From positions 3,360,001 to 3,424,000 of the forward strand of contig OZ240248.1 of NCBI GenBank assembly GCA_965198235.1: 64,000 nt of DNA. Direction: 5' to 3'. Source of the DNA: Candidatus Poribacteria bacterium (lineage in GTDB: Bacteria > Poribacteria > WGA-4E > WGA-3G). Shown here in pieces: positions 39,531 through 49,251 of this stretch; the first letter of the stretch is position 1, and each line of letters begins with the position of its first letter. The translations under genes and the position numbers were made by a program. The notes beneath the pieces are model-generated. The model was not told the DNA's origin and made no database searches. It was given only the letters and a program-made list of their open reading frames with translations.

Positions 39531-39785
39531 ATGGCTCTCAATAAGGATAGACTTAAAATTGTCTATGACCGAGAGGCGGATGTGCTGTATGTAACAAAAG
39601 GCACCCCCGAGCACACCGACTACGTCGAATACACCGAGGATGTTATTCTGCGCTTCCATCCAGAGACGAAACAACTGGTAGGTTTTACGCTCATTGATTT
39701 TTCTGAGCACTTCGCCCAGAAGGACTCGGACATCGCGCTGCCTTTCGGTGTGGATTTTCATGTGCGCACTGTGCCGCGTGCCTAA
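39531..39785 (+). CDS. DUF2283 family protein
   Basis: YDREADVLYV ... LVGFTLID. Confidence 0.75.
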   Translation: MALNKDRLKIVYDREADVLYVTKGTPEHTDYVEYTEDVILRFHPETKQLVGFTLIDFSEHFAQKDSDIALPFGVDFHVRTVPRA

Positions 39786-39853
39786 AAATGTTCTAACTAC
39801 AGATTATAGAAGTTTCCTATCCTACGAAAAATTAAAGGAGGTTTTTTGAATTA

Positions 39854-41314
39854 ATGGCGCAAAAACCGAATATCCTATTTTTGATGAGCGATGAGCATAG
39901 TCCCCATGCTATAGGATGTGAGGGCAATGATATTGTCCAAACACCAAATCTTGACCGACTTGCGGGGTCTGGAACCTATTTTGAGAGTGCGTACTGCCAA
40001 GTACCGCTCTGCACTCCTTCCCGGATGTGTATGCTAACTGGGAAACACGCACACCGATGTTCAGCGTGGAATAACGGGTCTGTCCTGTTTCCTGAACATC
40101 TCACGATGCCTGCGCATTTTGCACAGCACGGTTATGCGACTGCACTCGTTGGGAAGATGCACTTTGGTGGGAAAGAGCAGAATAACGGTTTCCAATCTCG
40201 ACCTTACGGCGACCTACGCGGGTATGCCGGGCACCAAACAGATCCGTTGAAGACTCCATCTGGGACGCGACAGCGAACACGATTTGCTGGAGTCACTGAA
40301 ATCCCGACCAGCATGCTACAAGAACGGGTTATCAATACGGAAACACTTGAATACTTAAGATCACAACCCTCAGAACAGCCATGGTTTCTGCTGGCAAGTT
40401 ATAGTCGCCCACATTTCCCTCTCACAGCCCCCAAACGACTCTTTGATAAGTATTGGCCCGATACTGTGGATATGCCCAACGTTCCAGAGGGACACTTGGA
40501 GCAGACGCACCGCTTCGCGAAAGGTTTGCGGGACAACTTCAAAACGGATGAAATACCCATGGAAGAAGCTCGTAAAGCGCGAGCGGCGTACTACGCCTGT
40601 TGCGAATTCCTTGACGAGACCATCGGAGACCTGCTCACTCTTTTGGAGCGTGACGGTTTACTGGATAACACTATCATCGTTTATACAACCGATCATGGTG
40701 AAATGGCAGGAGAACATGGACAGTGGTGGAAATCAAGTTACTATGAAGCAGCCGCACGGGTGCCTTTAATTTTATGGGACAGACATCTGCCGCAGTCACA
40801 CGGAGAGCGAGTGACTGCACCTGTCGAGTTGAACGATCTCTTCCCAACACTATGTGCCAGAGCCGATATTCCTATCCCCGCAGATTTAGATGGCGCAGAT
40901 CTGACAAATCTTATGTCGGGTAACACTGAAGGTTGGCGTAACACCGCAATCACCGAATACTGGTCGAACCAGACCACGGGACCAATGCGTATGCTCCGAA
41001 CGCCTCGCTATAAATATGTCGCTTTCCCTGAAGATGAATCCATTCTCTTTGATTTAGAAACAGACCCAGGTGAATTTGAGAATCTCGCAGGTCAAGCAGC
41101 GTCCCAAGAACTTGAGGCATCTCTCCATGAACAACTTATGGATGGGTTCTCATGGGAGTCTGTTGAGGAACAGATGGCTATGGATAAAGAGCGGAGTCGA
41201 GATTTCAAAGAACCGTGGGGCGGAGGCACTCCGAATCAATACACACTACCTGATGGACGTGTTGTTGATGCGGAAACCTGTCTCTATCGTCCTTCAGTGA
41301 GAGACGAAGGCTGA
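39854..41314 (+). CDS. Sulfatase (choline-sulfatase-like)
   Basis: SDEH, CTPSR formylglycine motif, GKMH, PHFP, DHGE. Confidence 0.92.
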   Translation: MAQKPNILFLMSDEHSPHAIGCEGNDIVQTPNLDRLAGSGTYFESAYCQVPLCTPSRMCMLTGKHAHRCSAWNNGSVLFPEHLTMPAHFAQHGYATALVGKMHFGGKEQNNGFQSRPYGDLRGYAGHQTDPLKTPSGTRQRTRFAGVTEIPTSMLQERVINTETLEYLRSQPSEQPWFLLASYSRPHFPLTAPKRLFDKYWPDTVDMPNVPEGHLEQTHRFAKGLRDNFKTDEIPMEEARKARAAYYACCEFLDETIGDLLTLLERDGLLDNTIIVYTTDHGEMAGEHGQWWKSSYYEAAARVPLILWDRHLPQSHGERVTAPVELNDLFPTLCARADIPIPADLDGADLTNLMSGNTEGWRNTAITEYWSNQTTGPMRMLRTPRYKYVAFPEDESILFDLETDPGEFENLAGQAASQELEASLHEQLMDGFSWESVEEQMAMDKERSRDFKEPWGGGTPNQYTLPDGRVVDAETCLYRPSVRDEG

Positions 41315-41379
41315 TAGTGCTTTAAGCGTTAAAAAATCATATTGCAAAGCGCAAAGTCGAGACACCATAATTACCCCCG

Positions 41380-43464
41380 ATGTTGCTAAATACGCGTCAA
41401 AAACCCGATTTTTTGACCATCAACTCGACTCCGATACAAAACGGAAAAGCACGAGTTGATGATCAAAACAGAAAAATCGGAGCGAAAACCCAAGCGTTAA
41501 AAAACCAAAAAATCCGACTCCCTGCTATTCTCGTAGGACTGCTTTTGATAGGGGCGATGTGTGCAATCACACCCTACAACAACTATTTCCTACAAAATAC
41601 TAAGATCGCAGGCAATCATCTCCCTGTTGGTTCAATCTTCGGGCTTCTCATTTTGGTGTTTCTCGTCAACGTGCCGTTGCGTAAGTTGATGCGAAATGGG
41701 CGTTTCGCCTTTTCCGCACTTGAGTTAACCGTTGTCTGGATGATGCTAATCGTTGCAGTCGGTATTCCGTCAATGGGTTTGTTGCAGTTTCTGCTTCCGT
41801 CTCTTGTTGCGCTGCAGTATTTTGCGACGACGGAAAATGATTGGGCAGAAACACTCCATCCGCACGTCCCAGAATGGCTCGTCGTCACGGAACCCGGCGC
41901 GGTAACAGACTTCTATGAAGGGATTTCTCCGGGTGAAAGTGTTCCATGGGTGATCTGGCTCAAGCCCTTACTCGTCTGGGGCCTTTTCGTCCTGGTCTTT
42001 TATTTTACGACGCTCTGTCTTTCCACAATTCTCCGAAAGCAATGGGTAGAACGCGAAAGGTTTTCGTTCCCTTTAATTCAGATTCCGATACAGCTCGCTG
42101 CTGAACCAGCGCGCGGCACACTGCTCAATACTTTTTTCAAAAGCAGGCTCCTTTGGGCAGGAATGGCACTACCAGTGGTGTTGCACCTTATCAACGGGTT
42201 GCATGCGCATTTCCCAAGGGTGCCGGAGATTCCACTTATTTATAACATCTACACCGTCTTCACCGAAAAACCGTGGTATACGCTTGGATGGTGGCCCGCG
42301 ATGCGGTTCGTCATCTATTTTTCGGTCATCGGGATAGCCTCTTTACTCACGCTTGAGGTGTCGTTTAGCCTCTGGTTCTTTTATCTTTTTTTCAAACTCC
42401 AATATATCATCATGAATGCGATCGGACTCAGCATCGGTCCATGGATTAGCTGTAGCCGTCAAGTGATGGGCGGCTATCTCATTTTTGTTCCCGCTGTTTT
42501 CTGGATAGGGCGTGAACACATCATCGCTGTTTTTAGAAAGACGTTTGGTCTCGGACACGCAAGAACGAGCCACGACACCGTAGGAGGTCAACCGATAGAC
42601 GATTCAAACGAACCGGTCTCGTATCGTGTGGCGCTGCTTGGATTTCTCTTAGGATTTGCCGTTCTTGTCGTGTTTTTGGTCGTCGCGGGTGTAACAACGT
42701 GGGTTGCGGTCGTAACGCTGCTCTCTATCTTTATCACATCAATTGTTTTGTCTTGGATGGTCGTTAACGGAGGGCTATTGCTGGTGCAGGCTCCTTTTTT
42801 CCCTTCGGAATACATTGATATTACTTTGGGTTCCAACGCATTAGGGCATAAGAGTCTTGCGATCCTGAGTTTTCAGCGCACCTTCTTGCGCGATTGGGGC
42901 GAGTTTATGATGCCAAACTTCCTTCATAGCTTCAAGGCAGCGGATGAGGTGAAACTTGCCCGTCGGCGTGTTATGCCGATCCTATGGGTTGCAATTGTCT
43001 TCGCACTCCTTGTGTCTGTTTATGCCTCGTTGACGCTAATTTATGGCAAGGGTGCCCTATTTTTACAGAGTTGGTCTTTCGTGGTCGCGCCGCGGAACTA
43101 TTTCCAACGGATGAGTAGCCTTATCCAATTCCCTATTGAAACGAAGTGGGACGAGGTGTACAGCATGATTGCTGGCGCAGGGTTTACTGGTTTCATGCTC
43201 TGGATGCGGCAGAACTTTGTCTGGTGGTCCCTACATCCGATCGGTTATCTGCTGGGGGCGACCTACCCACCCTTTCACCTCTGGTCGTCAATTTTAATCG
43301 GATGGTTCATTAAGTATATGGCACTTAAGTTTGGCGGTGCCTCGACGTATCGAAAGATTCGACCCGTCGCATTCGGCTTGATTTTCGGTGAATATGTGAT
43401 GGTGGGGCTGTGGATGATAGTTGGGTTCTTCACAGGAATCGGTTATTTTGCGTTGCCATCATGA
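41380..43464 (+). CDS. DUF6785/DUF6784-like polytopic membrane protein, paralog 2
   Basis: YFATTENDW, RKQWVERERFSFPL, WWSLHPIGY, AFGLIFGE. Confidence 0.75.
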   Translation: MLLNTRQKPDFLTINSTPIQNGKARVDDQNRKIGAKTQALKNQKIRLPAILVGLLLIGAMCAITPYNNYFLQNTKIAGNHLPVGSIFGLLILVFLVNVPLRKLMRNGRFAFSALELTVVWMMLIVAVGIPSMGLLQFLLPSLVALQYFATTENDWAETLHPHVPEWLVVTEPGAVTDFYEGISPGESVPWVIWLKPLLVWGLFVLVFYFTTLCLSTILRKQWVERERFSFPLIQIPIQLAAEPARGTLLNTFFKSRLLWAGMALPVVLHLINGLHAHFPRVPEIPLIYNIYTVFTEKPWYTLGWWPAMRFVIYFSVIGIASLLTLEVSFSLWFFYLFFKLQYIIMNAIGLSIGPWISCSRQVMGGYLIFVPAVFWIGREHIIAVFRKTFGLGHARTSHDTVGGQPIDDSNEPVSYRVALLGFLLGFAVLVVFLVVAGVTTWVAVVTLLSIFITSIVLSWMVVNGGLLLVQAPFFPSEYIDITLGSNALGHKSLAILSFQRTFLRDWGEFMMPNFLHSFKAADEVKLARRRVMPILWVAIVFALLVSVYASLTLIYGKGALFLQSWSFVVAPRNYFQRMSSLIQFPIETKWDEVYSMIAGAGFTGFMLWMRQNFVWWSLHPIGYLLGATYPPFHLWSSILIGWFIKYMALKFGGASTYRKIRPVAFGLIFGEYVMVGLWMIVGFFTGIGYFALPS
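41399..41490. repeat. Palindromic repeat inside the 5' end of the DUF6785-like ORF
   Basis: Copy of the 30552-30640 element, read in frame. Confidence 0.75.
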
Positions 43465-43579
43465 CCTATAGGTACGCTTGCAAACAGAAGTTGTGAATCA
43501 AACCAGACTTCATCTGAGTTATCAATGGCTCTTTAACGATTAGAATATTGTGAGGACAAAGTGTCCTCTTAAAATTGGT

Positions 43580-43678
43580 ATAGAAAACCAAGCTTGAAAC
43601 GGAGTTTCAAGCGGAACCAAGGAAAAGCACGTCAAATCACAAACCCACGTGCCTTAACCGCAAGGGAAATTAGAAAAC
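43580..43678 (+). repeat. 'AACCGCAAGG' family element ending at a start codon
   Basis: GCGGAACCAAGGAAAAGCACGTCAAA..ACCCACGT..TTAACCGCAAGG aligns with 62976-63060 (minus). Confidence 0.7.
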
Positions 43679-44881
43679 ATGCAATCGAATCAATGTCCGC
43701 TCACTGAGACGTGGAAAACACGTGCGAAAACTCGGCATACTGTTGTTGGGATTCGGACGTGGCACGTCAACTTGAACCCTCGCGCCATGCCCAGTTTAGG
43801 GTTCGCCAAGGGTCAGTGGCAAAAATCCACTACTCAGACAGCACATGTCGATTGGCGCGGTCCCTTCGCTGCACAAGCCGGGGCGTTAATCGTAGAAATT
43901 ACCACCGATAAGGGTTTGAAAGGATACGGTCTTGGGGGTGGAGGGCTTGCTGGCGCGCTAATTATTGAAAAACACCTCCAGAACTTCGTCATCGGACGCG
44001 ATCCGCTTGATGTTGAGGAGATTTGGGAGCGTCTGTATCATATCACCTCAATTTATGGGCGACGCGGCTTGGTTATTTACGTCTTGAGCGGTATAGAACT
44101 CGCGCTTGTTGACCTGTGTGGGAAGATTGTGGACGCGCCTGTCTATAGTCTTATTACGGATACACCACGCTTTAAGATTCCTGCCTATGCTACTGGTGCC
44201 GATGTCGGCTATTACGCAGAAAACGGGTTTTCCGCTTGCAAGCTGCCGCTCCGCAATGGTCTTGCTGAGGGTGAGGATGGATTTGCGGAAAACGTCGAGC
44301 TGATACACGCTGCGCGAGACGCTGTCGGAGCAGAAACAGAATTGATGGCAGACATCTATCTCCGTTGGGATGTGGATTACACGCGCCGTTTCGCTGATGC
44401 CGCCACCGACGCGCGCCTCAAGTGGATCGAAGAACCTATCCCACTTGACGACTATGCAGGCATGGCACAATTAGTGCGTGAAGTTCAACCGGCTTGGATT
44501 GTCTCTGGTGAACATGAATTCACACGATACGGATTTCGTGAGTTGTTGCGTTGGAAGGCAGCGGATATGATTCAACCGGACATTAGTTGGGCGGGTGGGT
44601 TCACGGAATGCCTACGCATCGCATGTGAAGCCGCTGAACAGGATATCCCGACATGGCTCCACCAAGCGGGTACGCCATGGGGATTGCATCTCACTGCGTG
44701 TCTTCCGATACCGTGTATGGCAGAAACCTTCGGTCCCTCCCGCGACGGCGTTGAAAATGAACTGTATCGCCGCTTGCGTCCCGTGCCCCAGGATGGATTT
44801 TTCACTCTCAACGATGCTCCCGGTTTCGGTGTAGAACTTGACGAGGCATTATTAGAGGCATACACAGTTGATCGGCTATAG
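43679..44881 (+). CDS. Mandelate racemase/enolase superfamily acid-sugar dehydratase (rhamnonate dehydratase-like)
   Basis: YGRRG...SGIELAL.DL.GK, LMAD, WIEEP, GEHE, QPD, PGFG. Confidence 0.88.
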   Translation: MQSNQCPLTETWKTRAKTRHTVVGIRTWHVNLNPRAMPSLGFAKGQWQKSTTQTAHVDWRGPFAAQAGALIVEITTDKGLKGYGLGGGGLAGALIIEKHLQNFVIGRDPLDVEEIWERLYHITSIYGRRGLVIYVLSGIELALVDLCGKIVDAPVYSLITDTPRFKIPAYATGADVGYYAENGFSACKLPLRNGLAEGEDGFAENVELIHAARDAVGAETELMADIYLRWDVDYTRRFADAATDARLKWIEEPIPLDDYAGMAQLVREVQPAWIVSGEHEFTRYGFRELLRWKAADMIQPDISWAGGFTECLRIACEAAEQDIPTWLHQAGTPWGLHLTACLPIPCMAETFGPSRDGVENELYRRLRPVPQDGFFTLNDAPGFGVELDEALLEAYTVDRL

Positions 44882-45076
44882 GGCGGTCAACCTGTAGCGG
44901 CATGGTTTGACGCTGACCATGCTTTATATGATGCACACGCAACGCTTTGATACGCCCTTTCATTGCAATATCTTATAGGAACTGTCTCGTTCTGTGCTGC
45001 CGAATAGCCTTTTGCTGCGGTTAATCCTCACGGATTTAGATATTGCTGACATCTATCAAACAGCCTACACCCGTTA

Positions 45077-45205
45077 CTATTCACCCTTCCTCCGCTTCAC
45101 ATGCATCGGTTTGAACATAATGCCTGCTGCTTCAAGTGCCTTTTCACTGGCATAGTTGCAATAGGCTTTACCCGCATATACCACAGAACACTCACCGCTG
45201 CCACC
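45077..45205 (-). pseudogene. Fragment of a DDE transposase (IS982-like)
   Basis: Translates SVVYAGKAYCNYASEKALEAAGIMFKPM, resembling the 'VYADKAY' region of IS982-family transposases (recalled, not searched). Confidence 0.45.
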
Positions 45206-45383
45206 AGTCTACTGATGCTTGATTGCTGATTGCTGATGTCTGTTGGCGATAGGAGCGGTTTCCTTTGATTTTTCTATACCCTGGAAACGCTGCGGTTGCA
45301 ACAATTTATGAACCCCTTCCATCCTTAAATGTGTGTCATTTTTTAGATTTTGACATTTTTTTCGTGAATATGTGTTATTTTTC

Positions 45384-45412
45384 TTGACATTTTTTACCAA
45401 TTTTTGTATTCT
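45384..45412 (+). promoter_or_regulatory. sigma70 promoter with no intact downstream gene
   Basis: TTGACA 45384-45389, 17 bp, TATTCT 45407-45412. Confidence 0.7.
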
Positions 45413-45417
45413 TCTAA

Positions 45418-45560
45418 GTGGCAGCCTTTTTTTAGAGGTGCGTCGACGGTGGTTGCAACACCAGCCGACGCGGCACTGCCATAATTCGACTATGACAGCA
45501 CTAACCTAATTGTAGCATGAAACCCATTTATTTTGTGAGACTTTTAGGTTAGCACCTTAT
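45418..45560 (+). ncRNA. Candidate structured leader/small RNA
   Basis: Stems GCGTCG.CGGTGG/CCAGCCGACGC, CTGCCATA/TATGACAG, CTAACCTAA/TTAGGTTAG, AGGTGC/GCACCT. Confidence 0.4.
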
Positions 45561-45623
45561 ACGCGAAAGGATTGCCCAAGAACGCACACCTTACCGTTTG
45601 CCTTCCCAAAGCAATTCCAAGGA

Positions 45624-45792
45624 AATCAGGACTTACGCAAATTGAACAGAGAAACGGTATATTTTGCTGAAAATGCCTCCCAGTGAGAGTATTTCGTTAT
45701 ATTTAACCCCCTAAAGAATCAACGGTATGAATGCCTTATGGCATTCCCCGCCCCTTATCAGGGGGACTTTAAGAGGAAATGCGTAAGTCCTA
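45624..45792. mobile_element. MITE-like element with AGGACTTACGCA / TGCGTAAGTCCT terminal inverted repeats
   Basis: Perfect 12-bp TIR; internal CCCCCTTATCAGGGGG hairpin. Confidence 0.7.
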
Positions 45793-45933
45793 ATGAATAT
45801 TGAAGCGTTTACATGGGATCGTGTGGTTCTCAGCGATTGGTTGCTTCCACCGAGTGAGTCGTCTGCACCGGGTGCCCCCTCGGCGATCCAGCGAAAACTC
45901 GTCACGACGTGGGGCGCGTTGAAAAAACAGTGA
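45793..45933 (+). pseudogene. C-terminal remnant of a protein carrying the 'KLVTTWGALKK' motif
   Basis: MNIEAFTWDRVVLSDWLLPPSESSAPGAPSAIQRKLVTTWGALKKQ*; same motif as ORF 2-502. Confidence 0.6.
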
Positions 45934-46030
45934 TGTTATTTAGCAATGAAAACCTACACGCTGATGCAACCGGGGATACATGTTCTCCCATAGCAACTTC
46001 GCTGTTGCTGTGTTCTCGACCAAGAGGTAT

Positions 46031-46873
46031 TTAAACGGTTCCATCAGGATGTTTCTCTTTCATCCGTTTGACAGAATCCAATTTCGTCTGTTGCCAATCG
46101 GTCCAGTCTTTCTTTCCTTCATAGCGGACGACATCGTGAATCGTTGCGCGCGGTTGATAGGTAATATAGTTTCCCGTGTGCCAAGCGAGGTTCCGATACA
46201 CCATGAAATCTCCCGGTCCCAGATGCACTTGAACCGCACCCGGAAACTGTCTACAGTGCTCTAAACAGAATCTTTCAGCTTCAGCGTTAGATTGCCCTTC
46301 AGCAGGTTTCCGCAGCTTCGGATCGTTTGTTGATTGTTCTTCGCCGGGCATGTTCCATTGGCGTAGATGACTGCCGGGGACGAACCATGTACAGGAGTCG
46401 GCATAAATCGCGCAGTTGACCTGATTGAAATGGCGTAGGTCGTACCAGACTTCCGCTAACTTCGCGTTGACAATCTCGTCACGCGCCTCGGGAGGGACCT
46501 CGACAACGCCATCTCGGTGCCAACCGATATGCCATGGATGCTCAAGCGGCTCAACGAGGAGTCCCATGATGTCAACGTGTCCATGTGTATAATTGGCACC
46601 GAGCAATTTTTCGATAGCGTCTCGGAGTTCCGGTAACTCTGTGTAGTCGTAGAAGGGCTTCAGATCCAATTCATCGCCGTAATTGGATAGCGGTTGAATT
46701 CGTTGCGTTTGCGGTCCGTTGAGTTTATGTGCCAGATCGCGGGCTTTCTCTGCCTCTCGGCGCAGATCGCTGAGCAACGCTGGTGGAACAATCCCTCGAA
46801 AGATGAGATACCCTTCCGAGAGGTATTCATTGACCATAGAATCTTGAAATTGAAATGCCATTGTCCTGCCCAA
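46031..46873 (-). CDS. PhyH-like Fe(II)/2OG dioxygenase
   Basis: WHRD, FVPGSH, WHTG.Y...R. Confidence 0.8.
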   Translation of the reverse strand: MGRTMAFQFQDSMVNEYLSEGYLIFRGIVPPALLSDLRREAEKARDLAHKLNGPQTQRIQPLSNYGDELDLKPFYDYTELPELRDAIEKLLGANYTHGHVDIMGLLVEPLEHPWHIGWHRDGVVEVPPEARDEIVNAKLAEVWYDLRHFNQVNCAIYADSCTWFVPGSHLRQWNMPGEEQSTNDPKLRKPAEGQSNAEAERFCLEHCRQFPGAVQVHLGPGDFMVYRNLAWHTGNYITYQPRATIHDVVRYEGKKDWTDWQQTKLDSVKRMKEKHPDGTV

Positions 46874-47001
46874 TACAAGCAGAGTTTACGCGCTTGTTGT
46901 TATTTGCTACGTTTTGAAGTTTGGCTTCACAATAGATGCGATTTCTTCTGCACGTTCCCAAGATACTGTTACCTTCCGCTTCATTCTTCGCGATCCTCCG
47001 G

Positions 47002-47406
47002 TTAGACCGTCACGCCACGCCATTCATCCTTCGCGCATGTAATATCGACAACATTTCCATCCGGATCGGCAACCTTGAAGGAGCGTTCCGGTGGTTTATT
47101 ATCGTTGATATCATCTCCCTTTTTCACATTATCCATGATCAATTCAAAACCGCCATCTCGGAGAGTGTTGTAGATTTTCGCTAAATCCTCAACAATGATA
47201 CCGAAGTGGATAAACTCTGTTCCCTCCTCAAACGGTGGACGTTCCGCACCGTTGTATTGGAGAATCGTCATGTTCAGCGTGCCGTCCGAGAGATCTAACC
47301 CACCGCGTCCCCGGTATCCGACAAACTCAAAACCGATGGTTTCGTAAAAAAGGCGCGAGGATTCCATATCCTTTGTCCGAAGCGCGATGTGTCTCAAAAA
47401 TGCCAT
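47002..47406 (-). CDS. VOC/glyoxalase family protein
   Basis: LRHIALR, HFGIIVED, DPDGNVVDI. Confidence 0.85.
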   Translation of the reverse strand: MAFLRHIALRTKDMESSRLFYETIGFEFVGYRGRGGLDLSDGTLNMTILQYNGAERPPFEEGTEFIHFGIIVEDLAKIYNTLRDGGFELIMDNVKKGDDINDNKPPERSFKVADPDGNVVDITCAKDEWRGVTV

Positions 47407-47547
47407 TGTGGTTACTCCTTTTGGGTGAGATGAACTTAATCTATCAAAGACTTGTTGGAATTAGGCTTCATTTTACAATAAAAGCCGTTCAAATGTCAAT
47501 AGGAACATACAACTGAATCAGGGCTATTTAGTTTTCCCGTATCCACG

Positions 47548-47571
47548 GTAGGCGAGGTTTGTAACCTCGCC
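47548..47571 (+). repeat. GTAG-type REP hairpin
   Basis: GTAGGCGAGGTTTGTAACCTCGCC. Confidence 0.6.
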
Positions 47572-47669
47572 GATCATCAAGTGCACACTTAATTGTCGGT
47601 TTTAATATAAAATCCTTAATCATCACAAACCCGTACCTACTGAAAACTGAAAACTAAATAACCCTTCTC

Positions 47670-47697
47670 TTGACAAAAACCTATATCTGTTTATAAT
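47670..47697 (+). promoter_or_regulatory. sigma70 promoter of the sulfatase-PhyH-amidase genes
   Basis: TTGACA, 16 bp, TATAAT. Confidence 0.7.
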
Positions 47698-47732
47698 GAA
47701 GGAAATCCAATGAAGTTCACGAGGGATTTTAG

Positions 47733-49190
47733 ATGCGTTCTCAGGGTCCCAATCTGCTCTATATCCATTCCGACCAGCATAACCCTTATGTGACCGGTTG
47801 CTACGGTGACCCATTGGTGCAGACCCCCAATCTCGATGGTCTCGCCGCCGAGGGGGTGGTGTTTGAAAACGTCTATTGTCCATCTCCGATCTGTGTGCCA
47901 TCCCGGATGTCGATGTTGAGTGGACGCTACCCTCATGAGAATGCAGTCTGGACCAATAGTCACATCCTCGATTCCAGTATTCCTACTTTTGCACATGCGA
48001 TGGGGGGCGCGGGCTATAAACCAGTACTTATCGGACGAATGCACGCACTCGGACCGGATCAACTGCACGGGTATGCTGAGCGTCTCGTCGGAGACCACGG
48101 TCCGAACTATCAGGGTGGACGTGGTGTTGATCATGGCGAATTGTCCGGCACAGCAGGACCGGCGCGTGTGAGTCTCCAAAAATCGGGGGCAGGGCAGAGC
48201 GCCTATCAGGTGCACGATGAGGATGTGACTGCTGCAACAGTTGATTACCTGAATCGACTCGGAGTCCAGAAACGGGCAGGGCTTTTAGACGCTCCATTTT
48301 CGATTTCCGTCGGGTTTATGCTGCCGCATCAACCTTTCGTTGCCCGTCAGGAGGATTATCGACTGTATGAAGCGCAGATGACGATGCCTCAAAATCTTGA
48401 ACCTTTCTCAGAGGCGTTGCATCCCTACTTTCGGTGGTGGCGTGAAAAATGTGGCGTTGTTGAAGTTTCCGATGCTGAGGTCCTTCGCGCACGCACGGCG
48501 TATTGGGCGTTGGTAACCCGAATGGACATGATGATTGGGCAGATCTTAACAGCACTCCGAGAAAACGGGTTGGATGAGGACACCCTCATCCTCTATAGTT
48601 CAGATCACGGCGAGCAGGTCGGTGAACATGGGCTCTGGTGGAAGCAGACGTTTTATGAACATTCCGTGAAAGTCCCCGCAATTTTATCGTGGCGCGGTGC
48701 TTTACCGGAAGGCGTACGGTGTGATCGGGTTGTTAGTTCGCTTGATTTGAATGCCACGATGCTTGAGGCACTCGGGACACCACCTTTACCACACTCTCGT
48801 GGACGGAGCACCTTACCGCTTCTCCGCGACTCGGGCGCGCCGTGGGAAGACCTCGCCTTCTCCGAATATTGTACCGATGATGGTTGCTATCATCGGATGG
48901 TCCGTGATGGCGAATGGAAGTTGAATTACTATCACGGTCAACCCACGCAGTTTTTCAACTTAAACGAAGACCCAAACGAATTGCAAGACCGAGCAGACGA
49001 TCCCGCATGCCAAGACATTTTGGCACATTTGACACAAAAGGTATTGGACGGTTGGGACCCGGATTCGGTTGCAGAGCAGATGGCAGCGAAGCGTGCAGAC
49101 ACACAAATCCTCGGCAGGTGGGGACGAAATACACAACCCGCAGACCAGTACCGTTGGAACTTGTTACCAGAAATGGATTATCTGGATTGA
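47733..49190 (+). CDS. Sulfatase (choline-sulfatase-like)
   Basis: SDQH, CVPSR, GRMH, PHQP, SDHGE. Confidence 0.92.
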   Translation: MRSQGPNLLYIHSDQHNPYVTGCYGDPLVQTPNLDGLAAEGVVFENVYCPSPICVPSRMSMLSGRYPHENAVWTNSHILDSSIPTFAHAMGGAGYKPVLIGRMHALGPDQLHGYAERLVGDHGPNYQGGRGVDHGELSGTAGPARVSLQKSGAGQSAYQVHDEDVTAATVDYLNRLGVQKRAGLLDAPFSISVGFMLPHQPFVARQEDYRLYEAQMTMPQNLEPFSEALHPYFRWWREKCGVVEVSDAEVLRARTAYWALVTRMDMMIGQILTALRENGLDEDTLILYSSDHGEQVGEHGLWWKQTFYEHSVKVPAILSWRGALPEGVRCDRVVSSLDLNATMLEALGTPPLPHSRGRSTLPLLRDSGAPWEDLAFSEYCTDDGCYHRMVRDGEWKLNYYHGQPTQFFNLNEDPNELQDRADDPACQDILAHLTQKVLDGWDPDSVAEQMAAKRADTQILGRWGRNTQPADQYRWNLLPEMDYLD

Positions 49191-49251
49191 ATTGACAACA
49201 TGACACAGCCTTGGATAATAGGTTCAATTTTCACGTAGAAGGAGATACAAC

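Noticed and set aside
44900-45060. Possible ParB-like pseudogene on the minus strand (IDVSNI*IRED*PQQ...DIAMKGRIKALRV)
   Set aside because: Three stops in about 45 codons and only vague similarity; cannot be supported without a profile search.
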